Assembly (NCBI GenBank): GCA_951406725.2
Contig: OX597818.1
Coordinates: forward strand, 3,038,001 to 3,102,000
Source: Octopus vulgaris
Lineage: Eukaryota
Direction of reading: 5' to 3'
DNA length: 64,000 bases
Shown here: in pieces, positions 13,911-26,990 of the stretch
Layout: each line of letters starts with the position of its first letter
Numbering within the stretch: the first letter of the stretch is position 1
Notes under the pieces: model-generated
The model's input: the letters and a program-made list of their open reading frames with translations, nothing else
Database searches by the model: none
What the model was told of the DNA's origin: nothing
Program-made: the position numbers and the translations under genes

Positions 13911-14999
13911 TTTTTTAAAAAAGAATTAAAGGAAAGGAAATGTTCCATATTGTAAGGCAAAAACGTCATATGTGTAGTATAAGCAGTGAAAGCTAAGATG
14001 AAATAATTGCTATTCTGTCATGTATTCGCCCTTCACTTTTTTGATAACAACAATCTGCACATTGGTGTTTATCTGGGGCCTTGGCCTCCAGATCTGTGAG
14101 ACCCACAAATGCTGCTGTTAGGACCGGATTAACACCTACAGTGACCCTAATGACTAAAAAAATTTTCCTGCCCTTATATAGGATCTTTTTTGTTTTCTTC
14201 CAACCACTTGAAGGTTTATCTTGCTCCAGTCCACTCAGCTGGCCAAAATGAGTTGTAGCCTTGTCATATTCTATGTGAGGCTGAATCTCCCTGAGAACTA
14301 CATTAATGATATGCATGTCTGTAGAGTACTCAGTCACTTGCAAGTTAATTTTATCCTAGTGTGGTAACGAAAAGTGAAAGTGACAAGCAATATTTACTGT
14401 GTCTATGTATCTATGTATCAACTTTTCTTTGGATCTATGTATTTACTGTCTCTCTCATTTCCACTGTGTCTCTCCTCTCCCCCGCTTTTAATTTAACAAT
14501 GTGTGTATGTATCTACTTTTCTTGCAATGTGATAAACATTTAAAAACACAAAACAAACACCATCACCACTCACCGTCTCATTCACTCTCTCTTTTTCTCT
14601 GTTACTTCCTCTCTGAAACATTTAAAAACACAAAAAGAAAGCTGTCACCACTTACTGTCTCTTTCACTCTCTCTCTCTCCCTTACTTCCTCTCCATCCTC
14701 CTCTCTCTTGCTTTGCCATTCACTTCTTTGAAGTAAGTGTGATACACATGACAGGTATGTACAAAAAGAACAAATTGGCATATTAATATTATTGATACTT
14801 CTATGTTTCTATTGCTTTGATTTATGCACTCTATCGAGTAACATTGCCTCAAAGACCTTTCAGAGGAACACCATTTCTACCACTTGTATTCACAGTTGTG
14901 TTATTTCAATCATTATCCAAGATTTATGACCATAGATAAGGGTAGGCATGAACACTGAACTGAAAATAGCAAGTTTAGCTTTTACACATACTCCCATCT

Positions 15000-17260
15000 T
15001 CTGATGATTGAATGCTGAAAATGGTGCATTACTGAACCAGCTTCTGCAATTCTTGCACTTAATTCAGCCTCCTCCCTCTATTACTTATTAAAATGACTCC
15101 AATACATGTGGTAAGAATGTCCCAGGAAAAAATCATTGGATAGGTTTTATGGGCAAAATGAACTGGCAGGAGACACAGGGATAGACTGCAAACAAGATGG
15201 TTAGATATCATCCATGAGCTCAGATGGCCACACTTGGGGATCCAGCTGGATAAATTGGAGACAGCTGTTTGTGATAGGACTTGATGTAAGGCATGCTTTA
15301 AGACTCTGCTCCCATAGCCCTTCCAGGAATAACTGGGTGAAAAAGATGAGATGATATTTCTATTGCTTGTATATGGTTAGAATATATTTTTTCCTCCAAT
15401 TTATTAACTGTGAATATAAACATCACTACATTACCTGCACTTTGTTCATGCTGAACACATTCCATTTGCAGACCTAGGATTTGAACCACATTTTCTAAGT
15501 TATCAGGCTAGTGTCACAAATGAATTTGCAGGAAATGATGCCACAAAGTCAGAACAAAAGTAAATGTCCTTGGATGTCCCCCTTTTTCTAGTGATAAAAC
15601 CAAAACACCTGTCTAAATCAAGAACAGAAGTTTAGCAAGATTTAGTGAACTCACATCTCCTTGCATCTCTCCCCAAGAAAACCAATGGCTGAGTAATACA
15701 GTTAATGACACATTATTTCACTCTTATCCAAAGAACATCAGAGATGTGAGTAGATTCAGATAAACTCACGTCTGAATTTTCATTCAAGACCAATTCTCTC
15801 TTGTCTCTAGAGTAAGCTATTAATGACAGTAGAATTTAGACACTATGAAAGTTGAGCCTTATTATAAAATGTTTGTGAGCTTCATTCCTGTTTACAATAC
15901 ACACAGCAGTCTAATCTGACACCACTACTATGGGAAAAAACCTGGCAACTACCATAACTTATGTGTTTAGCAAGCCAGATTACACAGAGGTACAATAGAA
16001 TAGCTCTCTGAAACAGACCACATACAAATTCGTTCTTCACAATACCTGGAGCTGCTTTCAGATATGATCCATCCCATTCTTATAAAAATGATAATTCTTC
16101 CCAAATTGGTGTGCCAAACTCAAATTGTCATTTATGCAAACCTTTAACATTTACTCCATAAATGTTTTGTTGTTAATGCTGCACTTTACTGTTTTAATTC
16201 TGAGCAATGCTGGGTATCTTTGATAGTGTTTTGTATCATATAAAGATCAATTCTGCATGAAGAACACTTTTCTTTTCACTAATGGAAGGTAAGTCTCTGT
16301 AAAATTTCTTTTACTCTATCTTCTAATTCCTCAAGTGTCCTACTGTCAATACATATGTCTTCTTGATAAATAATTATACCTGTAATATCTCTCAACATAT
16401 TCTCCATAGCTTGCTGAAAGACAACACTTGCTGTTTTTATACCATATGGTAAATGTGTCCATCTCAATAATCCAAGTGAAGTACAAATAGTTGTTATTTC
16501 CTAGGCTTCTTTAGATATTTCGGTTTGGTTCTTTCTCTTACTTAGATTACACGATTTTTTTCCTAAAAACAGGATACCTTCCAACATCATGCTAATAGCC
16601 ACCAAACTTGCATGTTACCTTCATTTAATGATCTTTATCTTCAAGTGAAACAGTAATTTATTTTATTATACCATTATTCTTGCTAGTTGGGAACAGAATA
16701 AAATCATTTATCTCAAATTGTTGAATATGACTGACACAATTGGTAACATCATCTGCTGAAATTGCATGTTTTCTAATATTTTAGATCGATGAGAAGGATT
16801 TAATAGTCCATCTATCAGCTACATTTGTATGCAGGCTGTTCTTCGGCCCCAACTAGTCAAATTCACAAAAATGAGAAGTTTCTTTTAATCTTTCATAATA
16901 CTTTTGAATAGGTTCTAATAGAATTTGTTTTAAAGCCAGAAATTGTTTCTTCCAGCAATAACCAACTTCTTTGGCGTCGTCAATGACATTACCTTTATAT
17001 CCTCAAATTTCATTTCTTCACACAATCTAAAATATAACATTATTAAACACTCTTTTAATGTTCTCACCTCCTGCTTCTGATATGAAGAGATCAGTTATTT
17101 CCTTGGATTCATCCTTGTCAACTGTTTCATTCTTTTACTAGTTGAGAAACACCTCAACCAGGCGTCAGTGAAATCTGGATCAGATAAAATGAATTCTTCA
17201 TGTCCTGCTGGTGATACCATTTCATATTATTACCTTTTCAAAACTAAATTCGCCCTGTTT
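15000..17260 (-). mobile_element. Decayed Gypsy-type LTR retrotransposon internal region
   Basis: ORF 16279-16467 (LPYGIKTASVVFQQAMENML...IYQEDICI) matches the Ty3/Gypsy RT core (LPFG..SAP..FQ..M; YLDDI). Boundaries approximate. Confidence 0.6.
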
Positions 17261-17636
17261 ATTGTTGTAAGTAACTCTCATTAGTTGTTACTAATCAACA
17301 TTGTGTCAGTGACATAATTATTTCATTTATGAATGATACTACAAATACTTTTATTCTGATCAACTGTTTTTAACTTTTCAGTGTGTCAAGCTTTTCTATA
17401 GCTAGATTTTAACAAAGCACTATTAGAAGTGGATAAGGATAGAAGTTGCTTTTTTCTTCTTTTACATCATCCAAAATTATTCTGGTTTCAGATTGTACAA
17501 TACCAAGGCAGTTGTATGATTGTTCAGAAGTTCTCCTATTGTTAATTTGCATTTAATTTTTTGTCTTTAAACAAGCCAATGCACAAATAATAAATTAATT
17601 GTTGTAAATTAAAACTTCAAATTGAAAAAACTTATC

Positions 17637-17732
17637 CATCATCATCATCATCATCACCATCACCATCACCATCACCACCATCACCATCACCACCACCACC
17701 ACCACCACCACCACCACCACCATCATCATCAT
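17637..17732. repeat. (CAT)n/(CAC)n microsatellite expanded from the RTE tail
   Basis: Direct reading; abuts the RTE 3' terminus tttaacgtccgctttccatg. Confidence 0.9.
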
Positions 17733-20404
17733 TTAACGTCCGCTTTCCATGCTAGCATGGGTGGGACGATTTGACTGAGGACTGTTGAGCCAGATGGCTG
17801 CACCAGACTTCAATCTTGATCTGGCAGAGTTTCTACAGCTTGATGCCCTTCCTAACGCCAACCACTCCGAGAGTATAGTGGGTGCTTTTACGTGCCACCG
17901 GCATGAGGGCCAGTCTGGCGGTACTGGCAACGGCCACGAAAAAATCATGTTTTTTTACATGTCACCTGCACACTGGCACAAGTGCCAGTAAGGCAACTTT
18001 GGTAATGATCATGCTCGAATGGTGCTTTTTACGTGCCACAGGTACGAATGCCAGTTGGCCACTCTGGCAACGATCATGCTCGGATGGTGCTCTTAGTGCT
18101 CCACTAGCACGGATGCCAGTCATCAAATTTGATTTCGATTTCACTTGCCTCAACAGGACTTTGCAAGCAATGTCCACTGAAAGGAAGGTATGCAATAATG
18201 AGCTGGTTACACCTCTGGCATAGGCCACAAGGTTATGGTCTCACTTGGCTTGCCGGGTCTTCTCAAGCACAGCATATTTCCAAAAGTTTCGGTCACTGGT
18301 CATTGCCTCCGTGAGGCCTAATGTTCGAAGGTCGTGCTTCACTACTTCATCCCAGGACTTCCTGGGTCTACCTCTTCCACAGGCTCTCTCAACCACTAGG
18401 GTGTGGCACTTATTCACACAGCTATCCTCATCCATTCTCGCCACATGACCATACCAGCGCACACTACATCTGATGCTTCTTAGGTCCAACTTTTCTCTCA
18501 AGGCACTTACACTCTGTTGAGTAAGCACACTGACATTACACATCCATTGGATCATACTGGTTTCATTCCTCGTGAGCTTACGCATGTCCTCAGCAGTCAC
18601 GGCCCATGTTTCACTGTCATGTAGCATGGCTGTTCATACACATGCGTCATACAGTCTACCTTTTACTCTGAGCGAGAGACGCTTTGTAACCAGCAGAGGT
18701 AAGAGCTCTCTGAACTTTGCCCAGGCTATTTTTATTCTAGCAGCTACACTTTCAGCGCACCCTACCTGACTTGGTCACCTAGTTAACGGAAGCTATCAAC
18801 TACTTCTAGTTTTTCTCCCTGGAATGTGGCAGAAGTTGTTCGCTGCACAATTTCAGTGTTATTTATTGCTCCTGAGCATCTGCCACATACAAAAACTATC
18901 TTCCCAGTTAGCCTTCCTTTCATATTGCTGCACCTCTAATGTGTCCATAGCTTACACTGGGTACATCTTATAGAGTTTCTACCTATGCCTTTTCTACAGA
19001 TCGAGCAGAGCCATTTACCTGAAGGGATTTGCGGTTTGCCTGCCTTCCTACTTATTAGGACTTTGGTTTTAGCTAGATTGACTCTAAGGCCCTTCGATTC
19101 TAATCCTTGTTTCCACACTTGAAACTTCTCCTCTAGTTCTGATAGTGACTCAGCAATTAGAGCAAGGTCATCAGCATAGAGGAGCTCCCAGGGGAATCCT
19201 GTCTTGAATTCATCCGTTATTGCCTGGAGGACTATGATAAATAGGAGGGGGCTGAGGACTGAACCTTGGTGGGCCCCTACCTCCACCCAGAATTCTTCAC
19301 TGTACTCGTTGCCAACCCTCACCTTACTGACAGCATCCCTATACATGGCTTGCACAGCTATCACTAACCATTCATCTATCCCTAGTTTCCTCATTGACCA
19401 CCAGATAAGGGATCGGAGGACCCATGTCAACAAATGCCAGGTACAGAGGTTTATCTTTGGCCAGATATTTCTCCTGCAGCTGTGTTACCAGAACTATAGC
19501 ATCAGTAGTGCTTTTCCCTGGCACGAACCCAAACTGCATCTTATCTAAACTGACTCTCTCCCTAATTAGTTGGGCTATGACCCTCTCCGTGACCTTCATT
19601 ACCTGATCTAACAACTTGATACCTCTAATTATTTGTATCTAAAGCGTCACCTTTTCCTTTGTAGCAGTTGACTATAGTGCTGCTACACCAGTCATTGAGT
19701 ATGACTCCGTGTATCACATGGTTAACTATACAGGTGACTAGGCTATAGCTGACACTGCCAGATATTTTGAGCATCTCTGCAGTGATTCCTGATGGGCTGG
19801 GGCTTTCCCTGTCTTCATACTCTTAATTGCTTTATCTACCAAGGAACTGTCAACTTGGATAGCAGGTCCCTCTGTTGGGTCGGTATTTGGTAGACTCTCT
19901 TTTTCCCATTCATTTTCTTTATTCAGCAACCTTTCATAGTGGCGTCTCTAAACCTCTCTCTTTGCAGCCTCGTCTGGTGCAAGTGAGCCATCATCCATGC
20001 GAACACACTTCTCTCCTACCATATCACGATTCTCTCTCACTCACTGTCTTGCAACACGAAATACCTCAAGTCTTTGGTCCTCACGGCGCAGAACATAGGC
20101 AAATTTTTTCTTATCTGCTTCCCCTCTGGCTAAATAAACCTGCCTCCTAGCTTCCTTTCTGGCAGTCTGATACAATTCCTTGATACCACTGTTCTTCCAG
20201 TCCATCCAAACCTGTTTTTTTTTCTCTAATAACCCTGTCAACAACATTGTTCCACCACCATGTTATTTTGGGTCGAGAGGCAACTTTTCACCATCCGCAG
20301 ATCTGGTCAGTGGCCCTCAGCAGATTGTCCTGTAGAAACCTCCAGTTGTCTTCTACATTGTTAGAAGCTATATCTCCTGCAATTTTGTCAAAGGCTTCAA
20401 GTAA
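17733..20404 (-). mobile_element. RTE-clade LINE, 3' portion (RT, C-terminus, 3'UTR); continues at 30137
   Basis: ORFs 18241-18627, 18936-19433 (QGSVLSPLLF, LLYADDL), 19372-19614 (QFGFVPGKSTTDAI), 19738-19929, 20041-20247. Confidence 0.9.
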
Positions 20405-20952
20405 TCTATATATATAAAACTGAGAATGTGTGTCTGTCTGTCTGTGTGAATCCCTAAAACTTGAGAACTACACAACCAATTTCATTCAAATTTTACACAT
20501 GTCTTACTTAAGATCCACGTAGTGTCATGGGTAAAAAGAATTTTCGACTTCTTGCCTAGGGCGAGCTGACAGCAATATCATACTTCACTATTTCAGTATT
20601 ACGTGTTAAAAGTGAAACAAAAACATCTCTCTATTGTAATGACAGATGCTTTCACTTTAATACTGAAACTATTAAAGTCAAACTATTATATAAGAGGGAT
20701 GAACCATTAACAGTGGACATCCATTTTGCTAGAAGAAGATCAGCTATGGTCTTACCACTAACAAAGGAATGGGAAGACCATAGTGGATCTTCTAGCATAA
20801 TGAATGTCCATCACTCTTATATGTATGTAATATAATTTTTTCTGAAATTTCAGACTTTTCAATATGCTACACCACTGGTTTTAAATTAATATTAATCAAA
20901 TTAACATTCAATTTTTCACCCTTATTATTTAAAATTTAAATTTACATGTATG

Positions 20953-20985
<33 letters not shown>

Positions 20986-20990
20986 TATAT

Positions 20991-21369
20991 AGGTGCAGGA
21001 GTGGCTGTGTGGTAGCTTGCTAACCAGCCACATGGTTCCGGGTTCAGTCCCACTGCGTGGCATCTTGGGCAAGTGTCTTCTGCTATAGCCCCGGGCCGAC
21101 CAATGCCTTGTGAGTGGATTTGGTAGACGGAAACCGAAAGAAGCCTGTCGTATATATGTATATATGTGTATGTGTGTGTGTTTGTGTGTGTGTGTTTGTC
21201 CCCCTAGCATTGCTTGACAACTGATGCTGGTGTGTTTACATCCCCATCACTTAGCAGTTCGGCAAAAGAGACCGATAGAATAAGTCCTGGGGTCGATTTG
21301 CTCGACTAAAGGCGGTGTCCCAGCATGGCCGCAGTCAAATGACTGAAACAAGTAAAAGAGTAAAGAGTA
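20991..21369 (+). mobile_element. tRNA-derived SINE copy
   Basis: Near-identical to 59212-59615. Confidence 0.9.
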
Positions 21370-21567
21370 TTATATATATATATATATATATACATATATA
21401 CATATATACATATATATATATATACATATATACATATATACATATATACATATATATATATGTATATAGCGACGAAAATATTTTGACAAATTAAACTTAA
21501 ATGTTGAAATGAATCGAACGGCTTTTGTGTGTTTCTTAAATGGCTTATAAACACCTCCCACGCTGCA

Positions 21568-21603
<36 letters not shown>

Positions 21604-21680
21604 TGCAGCGTGGGAGGTGTTTATAAGCCATTTAAGAAACACACAAAAGCCGTTCGATTCATTTCAACATTTAAGTTTAA

Positions 21681-21730
21681 TTTGTCAAAATATTTTCGTC
21701 GCTAAGATCCGCGACCTGTTCACTGACAAA
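21681..21730 (-). ncRNA. Mirror copy of the candidate G3:C8 hammerhead
   Basis: Exact reverse complement of 21750-21799. Confidence 0.6.
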
Positions 21731-21749
21731 AATCCATGCAGCACGGATT

Positions 21750-21799
21750 TTTGTCAGTGAACAGGTCGCGGATCTTAGCGACGAAAATATTTTGACAAA
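21750..21799 (+). ncRNA. Candidate type I hammerhead ribozyme, G3:C8 core variant
   Basis: Stem I tttgtca/tgacaaa; core GTGAACA; stem II GTCGC/GCGAC; GAAA; palindromic stem III AATATT. Confidence 0.6.
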
Positions 21800-22205
21800 T
21801 TAAACTTAAATGTTGAAATGAATCGAACGGCTTTTGTGTGTTTCTTAAATGGCTTATAAACACCTCCCACGCTGCAATTGTTTTCGTTTCAGCACACGAT
21901 CTCAGATCAAATTACTTGCTATGCGAGTACATCTCCATAATATATATATATAATTATATATATATATATAATTTTTTCTTTCTCGCTAGACCACTGGTAA
22001 CTAAGAATTTTTCTCTGAATATTCTTGCTACCCTAAGATTTTAATTAATGATAACATATATATATATATATTGCATCTGGTCATATATTGAAGTGGATAC
22101 AACTACAACATTCACATCAGCAGCTAAAAGAACTAATAGACCTGTCATTATCGTCATCATCATTGTTTCCATCTTCTACTGCTACTTCCCCTTCTTCATC
22201 TTCTC

Positions 22206-22584
22206 TCCCCCTCCTCCTGCTGCTACTCCTAGTGGCCAAAGCCAAACATTCCATTCTACCTCACCAGTGACCCATCCCAACCACCCTTACTTTCTCCATA
22301 TCCCACCACCATAGCTCCACTAACAACTCAAGTACCATTGCTACTACTACTACTATCTCAGCCAGTGTACAAAATCAACCACTGCTCCTTCCCCCTCCTC
22401 CTGCTACTACTCCTAGTGGCCAAAGCCAAACATTCCATTCTACCTTGCCAGTGACCCATCCCAACCACCCTTACTTTCTCCATATCCCACCACCATAGCT
22501 CCACTAACAACTCAAGTACCATTGCTACTACTACTACTATCTCAGCCAGTGTACAAAATCAACCACTGCTCCTTTCCCCCTCCT
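22206..22584 (+). repeat. 184-bp tandem duplication upstream of CR1 ORF1
   Basis: agtggccaaagcc starts at 22231 and again at 22415; the two units differ by only a few bases. Confidence 0.9.
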
Positions 22585-22643
22585 CATTCAAGTCAAACAA
22601 TTCTAAATCTCAAGCTATTCACAATCCACTGCCCACATAAACG

Positions 22644-24003
22644 ATGACTGGTAATGGAAATCCACAGACTGCCAGCCCAGAGAGCAACACTTGCCTGGCC
22701 ACAGACATCATATTGAAAATCATCTCATCAACACAAAATCAAGATATAAAAAGTGTCTTGTCGAAATATGATATCAAACAGGAAAGTGGAGCAATATACA
22801 AAAATATCTTCACCAACTGTAAGTTTACGGATGTTAAAGAAAGCAGCAGCTTTCTTGAATGATGGTGTCCAAGTTGAGCTCACAAATCCAAACCTCACCA
22901 ACTGGATTATAGCAAGGATTGAAAACTTCCTCCCGGAGACTTGCAAAATGTGTGACAAACAGTACTGCATTACATTTGGCCAAAAACCAGCTTTGGCATG
23001 CTTCATCTGTGGACAAGGAATACACGAAGCGTGCTACTTAAAAAAGATAAATAACCACACCATTCCAGATATTCTAGGCCTACACTGGCTATGCAGTTAT
23101 TGTTCACCAAGGGCCACAATAATGAATGAACCTAGGACCCTACCACAGACAGGCCGTTCTAAACAGACATTGATTGGCGAAACTGACATGGCAAATAAAT
23201 CCTGCCACACACAGGCCATCCAAGTGCCTCTTGTAAATGACAAGAATGAAGACAATGACATGCAAACACCTACAAAACAAGAAACAGGAGATCCTGCAGA
23301 AAAAGACCAAACTTCCCACGAAAAGAAACAGATCCAGAGCAAACGCTCAAATGAAGAAAGGCCAGTATGTATCCATTACAGGCGCAACAAGTGCAAACAT
23401 GGTCTTTCAGGTACAGGGTGCATGTACAGTCACCCCAAACCATGCAGACCATATATCAACTTCGGTACTGATCGAAAAAAAGGATGCCAAAATGGCCGAG
23501 AATGTGAACTCCTTCACCCAAAGATGTGCCACAATTCGCTGAGAAAAAAAGAATGTTTTGGTGAGAATTGCAAATTTATGCACCGGAAGGGTACAATTCG
23601 CATAAAAACTACTGAACCCACACCACCAGGACCAAGCTCAGCAGGGTATGAAAACCATTTCCCAAAAATGCGGAACCCAGGTCATGGCTCAACAGTGAAT
23701 GAAAACCATGCTACTCAATTGCGTACATCAGCTGTAACAAACTCAAACTCGCAGAAATTCGATATAGTAATGAATGAAAGCAGTTTTTTAGGCATAATCT
23801 ACCAACTACAACAACAGCTGTACTCCATACAGACGACTCAGCAAAACCAGGCAACATTGATACAAAGGCTGATACCTGGACTTACAGGGCACATACAACA
23901 AATACAGACAGCCCAGCAGACCGAATATCCAGTCAGCACAGTCCCAGCAACTACAACAGTCTTGCCAACAATAGGGCAGATGTATCTGGTACAACAAGCA
24001 TAA
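22644..24003 (+). CDS. LINE ORF1: PHD finger + three CCCH zinc fingers + Q-rich tail; one apparent 1-nt insertion near 22840
   Basis: ORFs 22644-22862 and 22753-24003 join (FTDVKE-AAAFL) if one A is removed from gaaagca. PHD: CKMC...CFIC...HEAC...WLCSYC. CCCH fingers: CIHYRRNKCKH...CMYSH, CRPY...CQNGRECELLH, CHNSLRKKECFGENCKFMH. Confidence 0.85.
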
Positions 24004-26990
24004 TAACAGCAAATATCCAGGGTCTTTATCCGAAAACAAAACAGTGTAAAGTCCCTTTCTTGGAAGAATTAGCAACAGAAAACAACTCCAAAATAATTGG
24101 AATTACTGAAAGTCATCTCAACGAAAACATCCGCAACAGCGAAATCACAATCAATAGATTCAACATCTTCAGATGTGATAGACAAGGCAGATCCCATGGG
24201 GGCGTTATCATGTATATCCATGATACCTATGCATGCATAGAACTTGTCAATGAATCAAATGCCTACTGCAACTTGCTGTGCATAAAAATCATCCAACTTA
24301 ATACAGTTGTAACAATAATGTACAGACCGCCAAACAGCCCAACATTATCCTTCACTGAGCCACTGACGAAGCTCCAACAAATTCTGGGAAACATGGCAAG
24401 TCCAATGCCAGACATTATCCTCCTTGGTGACTTCAACTTCCCTAACATCATCTGGCCACATGGACACATACTAAAACTGGGGACAAAAGCTGAACAAATA
24501 CAGGCAGCCAAACTGTTGAAAGTCACAGAGAAATTATACCTCAAACAAATGATGACAGAAGCAACAAGAAATAATAATACGATCGACTTGGTTTTCACCA
24601 ACAACGAGGACACGCTATTTGACCTTCACTCAACCCCAACAATCCTTTCAGACCACAATATTATTGAAATGCATTTACACATTGGTAATGAGCCCAATGC
24701 CACAACTCTTAAACAAAAGGACATGCCAAAGCTATGCAGGTATGATTATCACCAGGCAAATTGGGAAACTATTAACAACCAGTTACAAATCATTGACTGG
24801 GATCTCTACCTTACTGGGCCAGATAAACACAAGAAATTCTTAAACAAGATCGAAGAAATATGTGAAAAAAATGTTCCTCTAAAGAAAACCAAGTCCACAA
24901 AAAAACCTGTACCACGGGAGCGAAAGATCCTGATGCGCAAAAGGTCAAGACTAAGAAACAAAACATCTAAGCTGACATCAAAACATGAATTACAGAAAGT
25001 CCTTGACCAAATATACAGATTAGAAGACAATCTAAAACAACACTATGATGAAGAACGTAACAATGCAGAAAAGAGAGCCATAGAAAACATCAAGAAAAAT
25101 CCAAAATGTTTCTACAGTTTTGCAAAGAAATACTCGAACACCAAGTCAACAATAGGACCTCTCCAGAGACAAAATGGGGATGTAGTGAATAACCCTATTG
25201 AAATGGCAGAAATGTTGGGTCAACAGTATGAAAGTGTCTTCAGTGAGCCATCTAAAACCATGAAGATCCATGACCCAGGAAAATTCTTCAAGGATATCGA
25301 CCATACTAAACCTACCCTATCCGACATTGATTTCAACCCAGAAGACATAGCAAGAGCCATAGACAAGCTCTCCATGCACTCGGCTGCGGGGCCTGACGGT
25401 TTCAATGCCATGATACTTAAAAACTGCAAGGTTCAATTGTCGAAACCCCTTTACATGATATGGAGGGAATCTATGGAGAATGGCAAAATACCAAATACAT
25501 ATAAAGAAGCACACATAACTCCAATACATAAAGGGGACAGCAAATCAAAACCAAAGAACTACCGACCAATCTCACTGACATCACACATTATCAATGTCTT
25601 CGAAAGAATAGTTCGTGGAAAACTGGTTGAGTTCCTGGAATCCAACAATCTGATGAATTGCAACCAGCATGGATTCAGGTTAGGTAGATCATGCCTTTCC
25701 CAACTACTGGCACACCATGACCAAATCCTAGAAAATCTAGAGAATGGATACAACACAGATGTTATCTACCTCGACTTTGCCAAGGCATTTGACAAGGTAG
25801 ATCATGGCATCCTGGGTCACAAACTTCGAAAGCTAGGAGTAGGAGGAAAAGTTGGTACATGGATACACGAGTTCCTTACAAATAGAACTCAAACAGTCAC
25901 TGTGAATGGAACCCATTCAACACCATCACCTGTGACCAGCAGTGTTCCTCAGGGTACAGTACTCGGCCCAATCCTGTTTCTCATCCTCATCTCTGACATA
26001 GATGAAGATACAACCAGCAACGTCTCATCCTTTGCTGATGACACCAGGGTCATGAGACAAATCAAAGACGAGGTGGATACAGAGGCCTTACAAAAGGACC
26101 TGACCACCATATATAAATGGCAGGAAACAAACAACATGTTGTTCAATGATAAGAAGTTTGAACTAATTCGCTACGGAACAGATCAAGATCTGAAAAATAC
26201 AACAAACTACAGAAACCCATCAGGACAACAAATAATGGAAAAACAGTATGTGAAAGATTTAGGCATCCACATGGGAACCAACCTAAAATTCAGAGAACAC
26301 CTTGACTCAGTCTGTCTTACTGCAAGAAAGTACAGCGGGTGGATCTTGCGCACCTTCAAATCAAGAGATACCTCAACAATGAAAACCCTCTGGAACAGTA
26401 TGATACTTCCGAGGATTGACTACTGTTCTCAGTTGTGGTCACCAACAACAAAGGGCCAACTATCTAAGATAGAATCGCTCCAAAGAAATTTTACCTCATA
26501 CTTCTCAGAAACGAGGGACCTGGACTATTGGCAAAGACTCAAAACCTTGAGGATGTACTCAATAGAAAGAAGATTTGAGCGATACCGAATTATATACATT
26601 TGGAAAATGATAGAGCAGAAGGTGCCAAACTTTGGTATCAAAACCTACCACTCACTGCGCCACGGAAGACGCTGCCAGCTGCCACCAATCAACAAAAAGG
26701 CTGGCCAGGCAGCAAAAACCCTGCGAGAATCAAGTCTGTTGGTTCGAGGAGCACAACTGTTCAACTCCATTCCGGTACATGTCAGAAATCTATCAGGATG
26801 CAGTGTGGAATCATTCAAATTGCAACTGGATAGATACTTAAGCACCATTAGAGATGAACCCCATCTCCCAGGATATACACAACGAGCACAAACTGACTCA
26901 AACTCGCTCCTACACATGTCAAAATTAAGCAGAGAATACAACCTGGCAACCACACCAGACTCTGAGGGTGGAGTCTTCGACTTGGCCTGA
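23778..26990 (+). CDS. LINE ORF2: APE endonuclease + reverse transcriptase; frame open from 23778, no ATG until 24210
   Basis: Motifs IITANIQGL (24000), [57 protein letters not shown]; no stop until 26988-26990. Confidence 0.95.
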   Translation, partial: KQFFRHNLPTTTTAVLHTDDSAKPGNIDTKADTWTYRAHTTNTDSPADRISSQHSPSNYNSLANNRADVSGTTSIITANIQGLYPKTKQCKVPFLEELATENNSKIIGITESHLNENIRNSEITINRFNIFRCDRQGRSHGGVIMYIHDTYACIELVNESNAYCNLLCIKIIQLNTVVTIMYRPPNSPTLSFTEPLTKLQQILGNMASPMPDIILLGDFNFPNIIWPHGHILKLGTKAEQIQAAKLLKVTEKLYLKQMMTEATRNNNTIDLVFTNNEDTLFDLHSTPTILSDHNIIEMHLHIGNEPNATTLKQKDMPKLCRYDYHQANWETINNQLQIIDWDLYLTGPDKHKKFLNKIEEICEKNVPLKKTKSTKKPVPRERKILMRKRSRLRNKTSKLTSKHELQKVLDQIYRLEDNLKQHYDEERNNAEKRAIENIKKNPKCFYSFAKKYSNTKSTIGPLQRQNGDVVNNPIEMAEMLGQQYESVFSEPSKTMKIHDPGKFFKDIDHTKPTLSDIDFNPEDIARAIDKLSMHSAAGPDGFNAMILKNCKVQLSKPLYMIWRESMENGKIPNTYKEAHITPIHKGDSKSKPKNYRPISLTSHIINVFERIVRGKLVEFLESNNLMNCNQHGFRLGRSCLSQLLAHHDQILENLENGYNTDVIYLDFAKAFDKVDHGILGHKLRKLGVGGKVGTWIHEFLTNRTQTVTVNGTHSTPSPVTSSVPQGTVLGPILFLILISDIDEDTTSNVSSFADDTRVMRQIKDEVDTEALQKDLTTIYKWQETNNMLFNDKKFELIRYGTDQDLKNTTNYRNPSGQQIMEKQYVKDLGIHMGTNLKFREHLDSVCLTARKYSGWILRTFKSRDTSTMKTLWNSMILPRIDYCSQLWSPTTKGQLSKIESLQRNFTSYFSETRDLDYWQRLKTLRMYSIERRFERYRIIYIWKMIEQKVPNFGIKTYHSLRHGRRCQLPPINKKAGQAAKTLRESSLLVRGAQLFNSIPVHVRNLSGCSVESFKLQLDRYLSTIRDEPHLPGYTQRAQTDSNSLLHMSKLSREYNLATTPDSEGGVFDLA
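23784..23790 (+). promoter_or_regulatory. Candidate -1 ribosomal frameshift slippery heptamer T-TTT-TTA
   Basis: Correctly phased in ORF1 (AGT TTT TTA GGC). The -1 frame is ORF2 and is closed by TGA at 23775-23777, just upstream. Confidence 0.7.

Larger units (their letters stand above)
21467..21880. repeat. Three alternating inverted arms (21467-21571, 21600-21739, 21741-21880), PLE pseudo-LTR-like
   Basis: Arms are near-exact reverse complements of each other, separated by (TA)n and by a 1-nt centre near 21740. Confidence 0.9.

Noticed and set aside
21467-21880. Repeats resembling a CRISPR array
   Set aside because: Long inverted arms without unique spacers, no cas genes, eukaryotic context.
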